39,616 nucleotides of DNA. Source: Campylobacterota bacterium (GTDB lineage Bacteria; Campylobacterota; Campylobacteria; Campylobacterales; Sulfurimonadaceae). The notes beneath the pieces are model-generated. The model saw only the letters and a list, made by a program, of their open reading frames with translations. It did no database searches and had not been told where the DNA came from. The position numbers were made by a program, and so were the translations under genes. Positions 26,154 to 36,123 of the stretch are shown in pieces; within the stretch, counting starts at the first letter, position 1; each line of letters opens with the position of its first letter. The stretch spans positions 35,908-75,523 of the forward strand of contig JAYEMF010000106.1 in assembly GCA_034717975.1 (NCBI GenBank), in the 5' to 3' direction.

Positions 26154-27152
26154 ATGAATCAGATACAGCTTAGCCACGGTGGTGGCGGGGAAGAGACTAA
26201 CAACCTGATCCACGATCTTTTTTACCATCACTTTAAAAATGAGATCCTCATCAAAGCCGAAGATGCCGCGGTATTGGAGGTGGAGAAAAAGATCGCTTTT
26301 ACGACGGACAGTTTTACGGTCAGTCCGATCTTCTTCAGTGGCGGTGATATCGGAAAACTGGCTATTGCCGGGACGGTCAATGACCTGGCGATGATGGGTG
26401 CACGGCCGCTCTATCTGAGTTCAGCTTTCATAATCGAAGAGGGACTGCCCTTTGAAGAGCTGACGCGCATTGTCGAGAGCATGGCGGCAGAACTGGAAAA
26501 ATCGGGGGCGAAGATTGTCTGCGGTGACACGAAAGTAGTTCCCCGAGGCGGTGTCGACAGGATCTTTATCAATACGGCGGGTATCGGTGAGGTCGTAAGA
26601 GAAAATATCTCGGTAAGCAGTCTCAATGAGGGTGATGTCATCATCGCTTCGCGAGATGTTGGCCGTCATGGGGCAACCGTGTTGATGGCACGCGAAGAGC
26701 TGGAGGTGAGTGCAGACCTGCAGAGTGACTGCGAGACACTCTGGCCTGCGGTAGAAGCACTTATTGAAGGTAATATCTCTATCAGCACCATGCGTGATGC
26801 CACGCGCGGCGGACTCTCTGCCGTACTCAACGAATGGGCGCAGGCTAGTGAGCTCTGCCTGGAGATCGAAGCGTCTGCGGTCAAGATCAGGGATGAGGTG
26901 CAGGGTGTCTGCGAAATATTTGGGTTTGAAGCGATGGAGTTTGCCAATGAAGGGACTTTTATATTGGCCGTCGCACCGATGCATGCCGCTTTTGCCATCA
27001 AGATACTTCAGCAATTCGGTTTTTGCAAAGATGCCGCAGTGATCGGGCGTGTTACTCAGAAATACCCGGGAAAAGTCGTATTGCACTCAAGCTACGGCAG
27101 CAGTCGATTCCTTGATCTGCCAAAGGGCGAACTGCTGCCGAGGATCTGCTGA
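26154..27152 (+). CDS. hypE: Hydrogenase maturation carbamoyl dehydratase HypE
   Basis: LSHGGGG, FTTDSF, GTVNDLAM, GDTKVV, RDATRGG, C-terminal LPRIC. Confidence 0.97.
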   Translation: MNQIQLSHGGGGEETNNLIHDLFYHHFKNEILIKAEDAAVLEVEKKIAFTTDSFTVSPIFFSGGDIGKLAIAGTVNDLAMMGARPLYLSSAFIIEEGLPFEELTRIVESMAAELEKSGAKIVCGDTKVVPRGGVDRIFINTAGIGEVVRENISVSSLNEGDVIIASRDVGRHGATVLMAREELEVSADLQSDCETLWPAVEALIEGNISISTMRDATRGGLSAVLNEWAQASELCLEIEASAVKIRDEVQGVCEIFGFEAMEFANEGTFILAVAPMHAAFAIKILQQFGFCKDAAVIGRVTQKYPGKVVLHSSYGSSRFLDLPKGELLPRIC

Positions 27153-27194
27153 TGCAATTATTATCAACTCCTCTTCTCCTGCGTAGAGTGCACC

Positions 27195-27536
27195 ATGCAT
27201 GAGTACTCCATTGTTCAGGCACTGCTGGAGCAGATCGAGCCGATAGCTGATGAGAACAGTGCGGAGAAAGTGACAAAAGTGATCGTCAAGATCGGTGTGA
27301 TGAGCGGGGTGGAGCCTCACCTGCTCGAGGTCGCTTTTAACACTTTTAAAGAGAAGACCATCTGTGAGGGTGCCGAATTTGTGATGAAGATACAGCCGGT
27401 AACGGTTCACTGCCTGGATTGCGAAGCGCACAGCGAACTTGATGTCATGCACTACCGCTGCCCGGAGTGTGAAAGCCTGAATATAAAGGTCACCGACGGT
27501 GAAGAGATGTTCCTGATGACCCTGGAGATGGAATAG
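27195..27536 (+). CDS. hypA: Hydrogenase nickel metallochaperone HypA
   Basis: MHEYSIV N-terminus; CLDC...CPEC zinc site. Confidence 0.96.
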   Translation: MHEYSIVQALLEQIEPIADENSAEKVTKVIVKIGVMSGVEPHLLEVAFNTFKEKTICEGAEFVMKIQPVTVHCLDCEAHSELDVMHYRCPECESLNIKVTDGEEMFLMTLEME

Positions 27537-27550
27537 ATGGAATTAGGCGA

Positions 27551-29965
27551 TTACTGTTTTGACTCGAGCTCCGTTACCAGTTTCCAGGTTTTGACAATGG
27601 AGTCGGGGTTGAGCGAGATGGAGCTAATGCCGTTTTCGATCAGAAACTCGGTGATCTCCGGATAGTCAGAAGGTGCCTGGCCACAGATACCGATATATTT
27701 GTCCGCTTTTTTACAGGCATCTATGGCCATCTTGAGCATTCGTTTAACCGCTTCATTCCGTTCGTCGAAGACGTGGGCGATAAGATCGCTGCCGCGGTCG
27801 ACGCCCAGTGTCAGCTGGGTCAGGTCGTTAGATCCGATGCTGTAGCCGTCGAAAATCTTCAAAAACTCGTCGGCAAGAATGACGTTGGCCGGTATCTCGC
27901 ACATGGCATAGACCTTGAGACCGTTGACCCCCTGTTTCAATCCCTGTGACTCCATGATCTCGATGACATTTTTTCCTTCCTGTGGCGTACGGACAAAGGG
28001 GAGCATGATGATCATGTTTGTCAGTCCCATCTCGTCACGGACGCGTTTAAGTGCTTCACACTCCCACTCAAATGCTTCTTTATAGCGTTCCGAGTAGTAA
28101 CGGCTGGCACCGCGGTAGCCGATCATCGGATTCTCTTCGTCGGGTTCGTAGCGTTCGCCTCCGAGCATATGTTTGTATTCGTTCGATTTGAAGTCCGAGG
28201 TACGGACGATGACCGGTTTGGGGTAAAAAGCGGCAGCGATAGTGCCGATCTTTTCGGAGAGTTCGCCAATGAAGAAGCTTTTGGGGTCACTATAGTTTTT
28301 GATGAGTGATCTGATCGCTTCTGTGTCATCGATTTCATTGCCTTTATGAAGCTCTATAAGGGCGTTTGGATGGGCTTTGATAGCGCTGTTGATGATAAAC
28401 TCCATCCGTGCCAGGCCAACTCCATGGTTAGGCAGATGTGAAAAGCCAAAGGCTTTTTGCGGATCGCCGACATTCATATAGAGATGGGTTTTTGGTTCGG
28501 CGAGTTCTCCGAGATCGAGCTCTTCGATACTATGTTCGAGTTCGCCTTCGTAGACAAATCCTGTACTCCCCTCTGCACAGCTGATGGTAACGTCCATGCC
28601 ATTTGTAAGAACGCCGGTGGCTTCAACGCTTCCTACGATAGCCGGTACACCGATTTCACGGGCGACAATGGCCGCATGGCAGGTACGCCCGCCGCGGTTG
28701 GTAACGACGGCTGAGGCTTTTTTCATGACAGGTTCCCAGTCGGGATCGGTGTTGTCCGTCACCAGGATATCGCCGCTGCGGAACTGTTCGAACTCGGACT
28801 TGTCACGGATAAGTTTGACGCGTCCTGTCGCGATTTTTTCGCCGACAGCGGTTCCGGTCAGCAGAGTATGCTTCTCCTGGCCGGGGGCGAGCTTATGGCT
28901 CTTCAGGGTAAGCGAGTGCTCCTGAAGCTTTTTGCTGTGGACTGTTTCCGGGCGGGCCTGAACGATGTAGAGTTTGCCGTCTTGGCCATCTTTTGCCCAC
29001 TCAATATCCATCGGTGTGTAGCGGCCGGAGCGATCACTGTAGTGCTCTTCAATAGCGATACCGCAGCGCGTCAGTGTCATGATATCCTCATCACTGATGC
29101 AGTACTGTTCCTGCTTCTCAAGCGGTGTGTCGGTATTTATGGTACTGGCGAGGTTGCCCGGATCGTAGATCATGGTAAGCGCTTTGGTACCGAGTTCACG
29201 ACTCAAGACGGTAGAGTGACCCTCTTTGACGGTCGGCTTGAAGAGTGTGAACTCGTCCGGATTGGTGGTGCCGCCGACGATGTTTTCGCCAAGTCCCCAG
29301 ATAGCGTTGATAACGACCAGTTTATCTGACCCGGTGTCGGGGTCTATGGTAAACATGACACCGCTGGATGAGAGATCGCTGCGTACCATCTTCTGCACAC
29401 CTGTACAGAGGGCAACCTGAGAATGGTCGAAACCGTGGCTGTGGCGGTAACTGATAGCACGGTCGGTAAAGAGCGAGGCATAGCAGCGCTGGACTGACTC
29501 GACCACTTCATCTTCACCGCAGATGTTCAAAAAGGTCTCCTGCTGTCCTGCAAAGCTGGCATCGGGAAGATCTTCTGCTGTTGCAGAGGAGCGTACGGCC
29601 ACATCGAGACTGTCGGTATCATAGACGGTACAAAGCTGACGGTAGGCCTGTCTGATCTCTTTGGCAAGCTGTTCAGGCATCCCGGCCTGCATAATGGTGT
29701 GTCGAAGCCGTTCACCGGCAGCGGCAAGCTGGATTATATTGGTCGTATCAAGAGAAGCGGTAACCTCTTCTATAAACCCACTGAGTCCGGCCTCTTTCAT
29801 AAAGTCGCGATAGGCTTCACTGGTCGTGGCAAATCCGAAGGGGACATTGACCTCTTTATTGGAAAGATTTTGATACATCTCTCCAAGACTGGCATTTTTC
29901 CCGCCAATCAGGGCAACATCATCATTGGTGATCTCATCGTAGAAGCGGATATATTTCAGCGCCAT
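27551..29965 (-). CDS. ppsA: Phosphoenolpyruvate synthase
   Basis: GGKNASLGEM, AVRSSATAEDLPDASFAGQQET, DIEWAKDG, GGRTCHAAIVARE phospho-His motif, SIGSNDLTQ, GICGQAPSDYP. Confidence 0.96.
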   Translation of the reverse strand: MALKYIRFYDEITNDDVALIGGKNASLGEMYQNLSNKEVNVPFGFATTSEAYRDFMKEAGLSGFIEEVTASLDTTNIIQLAAAGERLRHTIMQAGMPEQLAKEIRQAYRQLCTVYDTDSLDVAVRSSATAEDLPDASFAGQQETFLNICGEDEVVESVQRCYASLFTDRAISYRHSHGFDHSQVALCTGVQKMVRSDLSSSGVMFTIDPDTGSDKLVVINAIWGLGENIVGGTTNPDEFTLFKPTVKEGHSTVLSRELGTKALTMIYDPGNLASTINTDTPLEKQEQYCISDEDIMTLTRCGIAIEEHYSDRSGRYTPMDIEWAKDGQDGKLYIVQARPETVHSKKLQEHSLTLKSHKLAPGQEKHTLLTGTAVGEKIATGRVKLIRDKSEFEQFRSGDILVTDNTDPDWEPVMKKASAVVTNRGGRTCHAAIVAREIGVPAIVGSVEATGVLTNGMDVTISCAEGSTGFVYEGELEHSIEELDLGELAEPKTHLYMNVGDPQKAFGFSHLPNHGVGLARMEFIINSAIKAHPNALIELHKGNEIDDTEAIRSLIKNYSDPKSFFIGELSEKIGTIAAAFYPKPVIVRTSDFKSNEYKHMLGGERYEPDEENPMIGYRGASRYYSERYKEAFEWECEALKRVRDEMGLTNMIIMLPFVRTPQEGKNVIEIMESQGLKQGVNGLKVYAMCEIPANVILADEFLKIFDGYSIGSNDLTQLTLGVDRGSDLIAHVFDERNEAVKRMLKMAIDACKKADKYIGICGQAPSDYPEITEFLIENGISSISLNPDSIVKTWKLVTELESKQ

Positions 29966-30145
29966 TACAAACTCCTTGCTCTTTCTGCCATTTCATAATA
30001 GTTATCTATGATACTCCAGAAAATCTTATAGAAAGGGAAACCCTTTAGAGGTGCCCTTTATATACCTTTCACAGCGTATTCGGTATGATTGTTAAGAGCT
30101 ATAAAAAAGCCCTTGAAACGAAATTGAACGGAAGCGAGAAGAATT

Positions 30146-33100
30146 ATGCCTGCAGAGAATGAATTAAATGCCATATGTGCGCAGCTTTTAACATCGGAAG
30201 ACCTTGATGTCTCTCAGGAGCTATTTGAGAAAGTGGTGCGTGAAGAGGTGGTGTCCCATCTCTCCTTGAATGAGACGATAACATCAATACGTGTTTTTGC
30301 GACACGCCAGCTCTATCTCTCCGAGATCACCCCGATTTTGCATAATTTCGGATTTAATATTATTGATGAGGTGACCTACCATATCGAGCATGGTGAGAAG
30401 CGGATCTACATCAACCGTTTTAATCTTGATCTGCTTGAGCCGAAGCGGATCGAAAAAGCAAAAAGCAATATTGAATTTGTTCTGGCGGAAGCACTCAAAG
30501 GAGATCTTTTTGGCCAATGCAAGATATTTTCACTGGTCTATAAGCAAAATATCACCATTCGCCAGGTGACGCTGCTTCGGGCTATCATCGAGTATATCGA
30601 TCAGGCGGTCGTCGAGCTCAACTTTGAAGCGGTCTTGAACACGATCACTTCGCATGATGAGATCGCAAAGCTCTTTATTCACTACTTTACGATGCGTTTT
30701 AAACCGGGTGTAAAAAAGCGTGATGCCCAGGTCAAGGAGCTTGAAGCGTTGATTGAGGAGAGTATCAAGATCGTGCCCAACATCATGGATGACAAGATTT
30801 TGAAACTGACCTATGCGATGCTGCGTTCCATGCTGCGGACCAACTGTTTTATTGACCGTGAAGCGATCGCCTTTAAGATCAATACGGCTGAATTTGCCGA
30901 AAACCTGAAGGGACTTCAGCCATCCATAGAAGCCTTCGTCTACCATCCGGAGTTTAGCGGTCTGCATCTTCGTATGAGCCTGATCAGCCGGGGCGGTCTG
31001 CGCTGGAGTGAACGGCATGAAGATTATCGTACCGAGGTCAAGTCGCTGATGATCACCCAGGAGGGAAAAAACTCGATCATCATCCCTGATGGTGCCAAAG
31101 GCGGGTTTGTGATCCGTCGTGAGAAATCGGAGATCACAAAAGAGTATTTCACCGAGGTCTACAGTGCTTTCATCCACAATCTGCTTGACCTTGTCGATAA
31201 CCGGGAGGGTGATACGATCGTGCGTGATGAACGTATTGTCGCGTATGACGGTGATGATGCCTATTTCGTTGTGGCAGCCGATAAAGGAACGGCAGCGATG
31301 AGTGATGTCGCCAACAGTATTGCCGTTGAACGGGGGTATTGGCTTGGTGACGCTTTTGCCAGTGGCGGTTCAAACGGTTTTGGGCATAAAGACCTCGGAG
31401 TCACGGCCAAAGGCTCACTGGTCTCCACGGCACGCTTCTTTATTGAAAAAGGGATCGACTTTTACAAAGAGAGCGTTACCGTAGTCGGGATCGGTTCGAT
31501 GAACGGAGATGTCTTTGGTAATGGAATGCTCGAGTCAAAGGCCTTTAAACTGCTTGCGGCCATTTCACACAAAGAGATATTTATTGATCCCGATCCGATC
31601 CCGGCAGCCTCTTTTGAGGAGCGCCAGCGCCTCTTTATCTCTAAAAAAGGGGGATGGAGTGAGTATAACCGATCCCTGATCTCCAAAGGCGGCGGCGTCT
31701 TTTTGCGTGCAGATAAAGCGATAGAACTCTCAGCAGAGATCAAAAAGATGGTAGGAACCTCAAGAAAAGTCCTTAGCGGTGAGGAACTTGCCCGTAAAGT
31801 CCTCGGCATGAAGGTTGACATGCTCTTCAACGGCGGTGTCGGTACCTATGTCAAAAGTTCGGATGAGAGTAATCTCGACCTTGGGGACAAACAAAATGAA
31901 GCAGTCCGTCTGGATGCCGGTGAGGTCAGAGCCGAGATCGTCTGCGAGGGAGGAAACCTCGGGTTTACCCAAAAAGCGCGCATCGAGTACGCGCTTGGCG
32001 GGGGCAAGATCAATCTTGACGGCATCGATAATGCGGCCGGTGTCGATACCTCCGATCATGAGGTAAACCTCAAGATACTGCTCAACATCATCGCTTCCAA
32101 GGGTCTGATGAATAGTGAAGAGAAGAACAAGACCCTGCACTCATTGACAGAGCAGGTGGTCAATATGGTACTTTGGAGCAACTATCGTCAGGCGCTGGCG
32201 CTCTCGCGCGATGAAGCACTCAGCTGCCACTATCAGAAAGATTTCATGATGGCGATCGAGATCCTGGAGGGCGGGGTCAAAGCCTTTAACCGGCGTGATT
32301 TTTACATTCCTAAAAATGAGAATATCCGTGATATCGTCTCCAAAAAGGGTTCGATCGTCCGGCCGATACTTGGTTCGATGCTCTCCAATGCAAAGATCTT
32401 TGTCAAGAACCTGCTGGTCAAAACAGAGCTGATCGATGAACTGTTTGCCCAGGAGTACCTCTTTAAATATTTCCCGAAATCATTTGTCGGGGCCTATGAA
32501 CATGAGATTACCAACCATCCGCTCAAACGCGAGATCATCGCCACGGTCATTGCAGATATTGTCATCAATCTTCAAGGGAGCACCTTTATCTGCGACTACA
32601 AGAAACTGGATGAAGAGCGTTTCCTTATCAAAATCAAATCCTACCTTATCAGCAACCGCCTCTTTGGGGCAAACGATATCCGTCATGAGATCTATCGTCA
32701 GGATTTCACTATGACGGTCGGTAAACAGTATCCGCTGCTTAGTGAGATAGAACATACTTTAAACTTCAGTACGCGCTGGATGGTCAAATACCTTAATGAT
32801 TATCAGATCGATGCGGCACATATGCTTGACTATAAAGAGCAGCTCTTTGAGCTGCTGGGCAAGATCAACGCAAATAAAGCTGAGGAGATCATCCCGGATA
32901 ACCCTGAGTTCAACCGTTTCTTCAGTGTGATCGAGTATCTGCGGTTTGCCGTTGCCGCCATTATGATCAAAGAGAACACCCATAACTCCTTTGAAGATGT
33001 TGGAACGCTCTTTTATATGATCGTCAATGAGTTCAAGATTCTGGAGATGATCAGCTCCCTTGATGAGATTGAGATCATAAGCGAGAGTGATCTGAAGCTT

Positions 33101-33334
33101 CGTCACCAGGTGATGCAGTTTATCGAGTTTATCGTTGTGCACTATACACAGAAAGTCCTTGCTTTCCAGCGTGTGGATGAGACACCCTCAGTGGCATTTA
33201 AAAGTTATATAGAGAATGATAAAGAGGTGTTTGAGAACATCAAAGATCAGATCGACGCATTTATGGGCAAAGAGGTGAAAGATATTAAAGAGATTACCGT
33301 TACGGTCAATCAGTTGATGGCTTCGGCTATTTAA
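30146..33334 (+). CDS. NAD-specific glutamate dehydrogenase (large Bac_GDH family, shortened form)
   Basis: RGGLRWS, KNSIIIPDGAKGGF, YFVVAADKGTA, GDAFASGGS, GDVFGNGML, EGGNLG, DNAAGVDTSDHEVNLKI. Confidence 0.92.
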   Translation: MPAENELNAICAQLLTSEDLDVSQELFEKVVREEVVSHLSLNETITSIRVFATRQLYLSEITPILHNFGFNIIDEVTYHIEHGEKRIYINRFNLDLLEPKRIEKAKSNIEFVLAEALKGDLFGQCKIFSLVYKQNITIRQVTLLRAIIEYIDQAVVELNFEAVLNTITSHDEIAKLFIHYFTMRFKPGVKKRDAQVKELEALIEESIKIVPNIMDDKILKLTYAMLRSMLRTNCFIDREAIAFKINTAEFAENLKGLQPSIEAFVYHPEFSGLHLRMSLISRGGLRWSERHEDYRTEVKSLMITQEGKNSIIIPDGAKGGFVIRREKSEITKEYFTEVYSAFIHNLLDLVDNREGDTIVRDERIVAYDGDDAYFVVAADKGTAAMSDVANSIAVERGYWLGDAFASGGSNGFGHKDLGVTAKGSLVSTARFFIEKGIDFYKESVTVVGIGSMNGDVFGNGMLESKAFKLLAAISHKEIFIDPDPIPAASFEERQRLFISKKGGWSEYNRSLISKGGGVFLRADKAIELSAEIKKMVGTSRKVLSGEELARKVLGMKVDMLFNGGVGTYVKSSDESNLDLGDKQNEAVRLDAGEVRAEIVCEGGNLGFTQKARIEYALGGGKINLDGIDNAAGVDTSDHEVNLKILLNIIASKGLMNSEEKNKTLHSLTEQVVNMVLWSNYRQALALSRDEALSCHYQKDFMMAIEILEGGVKAFNRRDFYIPKNENIRDIVSKKGSIVRPILGSMLSNAKIFVKNLLVKTELIDELFAQEYLFKYFPKSFVGAYEHEITNHPLKREIIATVIADIVINLQGSTFICDYKKLDEERFLIKIKSYLISNRLFGANDIRHEIYRQDFTMTVGKQYPLLSEIEHTLNFSTRWMVKYLNDYQIDAAHMLDYKEQLFELLGKINANKAEEIIPDNPEFNRFFSVIEYLRFAVAAIMIKENTHNSFEDVGTLFYMIVNEFKILEMISSLDEIEIISESDLKLRHQVMQFIEFIVVHYTQKVLAFQRVDETPSVAFKSYIENDKEVFENIKDQIDAFMGKEVKDIKEITVTVNQLMASAI

Positions 33335-33348
33335 AATAAGGAGTCGGC

Positions 33349-34017
33349 ATGCGACGTTTAAGTTTATCTATCTTTCTCTTTTTTCTATTTACAGCTCTGC
33401 AGGCAGCATCGCTAATGGGTAAATGGGAATACAACGGTCCGCAAGGTTATATTTTACTTGATTTTCGTTCATCTTCTGAACTGGTATATGAGGGTGAAAG
33501 TATGCCGTATCAGATCGTGGGAGAGAGTATTCGTGTCCCTGGAGAGTATGGATATATTGATTATCCCTATGTACTTGAGAAAAACGGTTTACGTATCAGT
33601 TATCCGGAAGGTTATCAGCTCACCTTTAAACGGCCTGCAAAACGGCAAAATCAACAACACTCAGGCAATAATCAAACACTTGCCAACCAGATCGCAGGGA
33701 TATGGTGGGGGTATGCAGGTTCTACCGAAAGAGAGATCGGGCTCTGTCCAGGCGGCATGTACAGGGACTTTACAGAATCGGGTTACAGTGGAAACTCCTA
33801 TAATTCAATGGGTGATGCCACTATGAACTGGGGTACGGCAAATCAGAGTAGTGGTCAGGGCCGCTGGACTATTCAAGGGGATACCCAAAGCGGTGTGATT
33901 CATGTGCGTTATAACAATGGTTCAACTGCCGCACTCCACTATCACCAGATCAACGATCCCGGATGTTTAAAGTTCAACGGCAATACATTGTGCCGTAAAT
34001 CGGTTACATGTCAGTGA
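33349..34017 (+). CDS. Hypothetical secreted protein
   Basis: Signal peptide (ALQA|A), AAGGAG RBS, Gly/aromatic-rich beta-type sequence, four Cys in the C-terminal half. Confidence 0.7.
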   Translation: MRRLSLSIFLFFLFTALQAASLMGKWEYNGPQGYILLDFRSSSELVYEGESMPYQIVGESIRVPGEYGYIDYPYVLEKNGLRISYPEGYQLTFKRPAKRQNQQHSGNNQTLANQIAGIWWGYAGSTEREIGLCPGGMYRDFTESGYSGNSYNSMGDATMNWGTANQSSGQGRWTIQGDTQSGVIHVRYNNGSTAALHYHQINDPGCLKFNGNTLCRKSVTCQ

Positions 34018-34218
34018 TCTCAATCGGCTATTGATACCATCGAACCATTAGTAATCTAAAAGAGGTAAGTATGGGTCATAATCGTATGATGGTCAGGTGT
34101 CTTGAAGATGGCAAAGCAAAACAGTTCTACACGAGTCGGCACGGCTCACTCTGGAAGATCGACTATAAAGCGGGCAGAAAAACAGACTAATTGCCTTTGT
34201 GCTCCACTCTGAAAACAG

Positions 34219-36123
34219 TTAGCCGGTTATAGCGATGCGCTCTTGCAGTTCCGAGAAGACGCTGGCACGCTGCTTCTCATCCGGATGGATCATACGGTAG
34301 ACAATATCTGCGAGTGTTGGATCACTCTCTTTCAGCGGTGCAGGTTTTTTACTGGTATCGGGAGCAAAACGGGCGGTTGACTCATAGGCTCTCTCGCCGC
34401 TTAACTGATAGTAGAGATGTGTACCCATATCGAACAGTTCAAAGGCCTCGTTTCTACCGGTAGTTACTTTTGCCTGAAAGCCATAGGGGATGTTGATCTT
34501 CTGAGTGCGCAGGTAGGCCTGAAGACGCATTACAAAGCCTATGGCCGCATGCGAATAGTTTGCCAGGATGCGATCATGGAAGCGTGCGAAGCTTTCGCCC
34601 GGTTGTTTGAGGCGGCGGTACTCCCGCACCAGAGACTCCACATAGTGGTGGGCAAAACGAAGTGGGACGGACTTCATAACGCTGTGGCCCTCTTCGCCCT
34701 CTCCGGTAAGCTTGCCGCCGACTAAAATATGGACGCCATATTCACTCTGGCCGTTCACTTTGGCTTTACACCCCTCAAAACCGATATCACCCACACCATG
34801 GATACCGCATCCTTTGACGCAGGCTGACCAGTACATACGGATACGACCCTCTTCGAGTGGAACCGCCTGTGTCAGGTACTCTGCCATATCGATCGCGTCG
34901 GGCTTGTTGGGGATGACGCCAAAGGGGCAGTGCTCGGTTCCGGCACAGGCGATCATATGGTTGAAGTAGGGGGAATCGACATTCTTATACGCCTCAAAAA
35001 ATGGATGTTCCAGTGCTGAAGCGATCTGCTCCTGCTTGATCCCGATGAGGTAGAGACTCTGCTCCACATCCAAACGGATACGCCCGTCACCAAAGGTTTT
35101 TGAAGCATCGGCAGCCAGCAGCAGAGCGCTTCCGCTGAAGATACCCGACGGGATAACGGCATGCAGGGCAAAGCTGCCATCACGGAGCTGTACGCGCCCC
35201 TGATCCGGGTCGGTACACTCCATCTGCGTCAGGGTGACACCGGCTTTTGCGAAGTCGATGCTTGCACGCTCGCGAATCGCAGTCGTGACCGCATCCATGC
35301 CGACCGCTTCGATAAGAAAGTAAAGGCGGTTTTTATTGCGGTTGTCACGGAAGCCGTAATCGCGGAAGAGTTCGATGAGTGCCTGGTAGCCAGCTTCCAC
35401 TTCAGCTTCGTTTTTGAAGAAGATATCGGCACTCTTGGCTACCTGACCCACTTTGCCGCCAAGGTAGAGGTTGTAGCCGTAGAGACCTTCCCGCTGAGCG
35501 AGAACGAGCGAACAGTCGTGTCCAAAGGCGTTGGAGCGGTTGGTCATGGAACCCGTGATGGAGGTGTTGAACTTTCTTGGCAGGGCACTGATCCACTCCC
35601 AGTTGTGAAGAAACCTCGACTGAAGTTTTTCCAGCAGGGGCTGAGAGGGGAGGATCGTGTCCATTCCCACTCCGTCAAGGGGATCGTTCATGATGTTACG
35701 GAAGTTGTCGACACCGGTCTGGTAGGCGGTGATGCCGACACTTTCAAGCTTTTTAAGCAGGGTCGGGATAGCTTCGATGTTGAGATAGCGCAGTTCGATC
35801 TGCATACGCGTGGTGATGTCAATGTAGTCATTGCCATGATCGCATGCGACTTCACCGATGGCGACAGCCTGTTCATTGTTCAGTTGTCCGCCGGGGATAC
35901 GCAGACGGATCATGAACTGCCTTGGCGTTGCCGGTCGGTCGTAGATACCGAAACATTTCAGGAAGTAGCTCTTGTCTTCGTCGCTGATGGCATCGTACCC
36001 TTCAGCGGCGTAATACTCGAGAAGCTCAAAGGCCTCTTTGGGTGTTTTTAGGGCTTTGGTCTTCTCGATCTTATTGATTTTTTTGGCGCGGGCCTCATAC
36101 GCCTGTTTTAGCAGTGCTGACAT
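34219..36123 (-). CDS. nirA: Ferredoxin-dependent assimilatory nitrite reductase (siroheme)
   Basis: FMIRLRIPGG, DITTR, DNFRN, LPRKFN, siroheme/[4Fe-4S] motifs ACAGTEHC and SACVKGCG; coupled to the nitrate reductase gene. Confidence 0.85.
   Translation of the reverse strand: MSALLKQAYEARAKKINKIEKTKALKTPKEAFELLEYYAAEGYDAISDEDKSYFLKCFGIYDRPATPRQFMIRLRIPGGQLNNEQAVAIGEVACDHGNDYIDITTRMQIELRYLNIEAIPTLLKKLESVGITAYQTGVDNFRNIMNDPLDGVGMDTILPSQPLLEKLQSRFLHNWEWISALPRKFNTSITGSMTNRSNAFGHDCSLVLAQREGLYGYNLYLGGKVGQVAKSADIFFKNEAEVEAGYQALIELFRDYGFRDNRNKNRLYFLIEAVGMDAVTTAIRERASIDFAKAGVTLTQMECTDPDQGRVQLRDGSFALHAVIPSGIFSGSALLLAADASKTFGDGRIRLDVEQSLYLIGIKQEQIASALEHPFFEAYKNVDSPYFNHMIACAGTEHCPFGVIPNKPDAIDMAEYLTQAVPLEEGRIRMYWSACVKGCGIHGVGDIGFEGCKAKVNGQSEYGVHILVGGKLTGEGEEGHSVMKSVPLRFAHHYVESLVREYRRLKQPGESFARFHDRILANYSHAAIGFVMRLQAYLRTQKINIPYGFQAKVTTGRNEAFELFDMGTHLYYQLSGERAYESTARFAPDTSKKPAPLKESDPTLADIVYRMIHPDEKQRASVFSELQERIAITG

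Noticed and set aside
30032..30046. AAAGGG-AAA-CCCTTT inverted repeat in the divergent ppsA/GDH intergenic region
   Set aside because: Short and cannot be assigned to a regulator or terminator from sequence alone.
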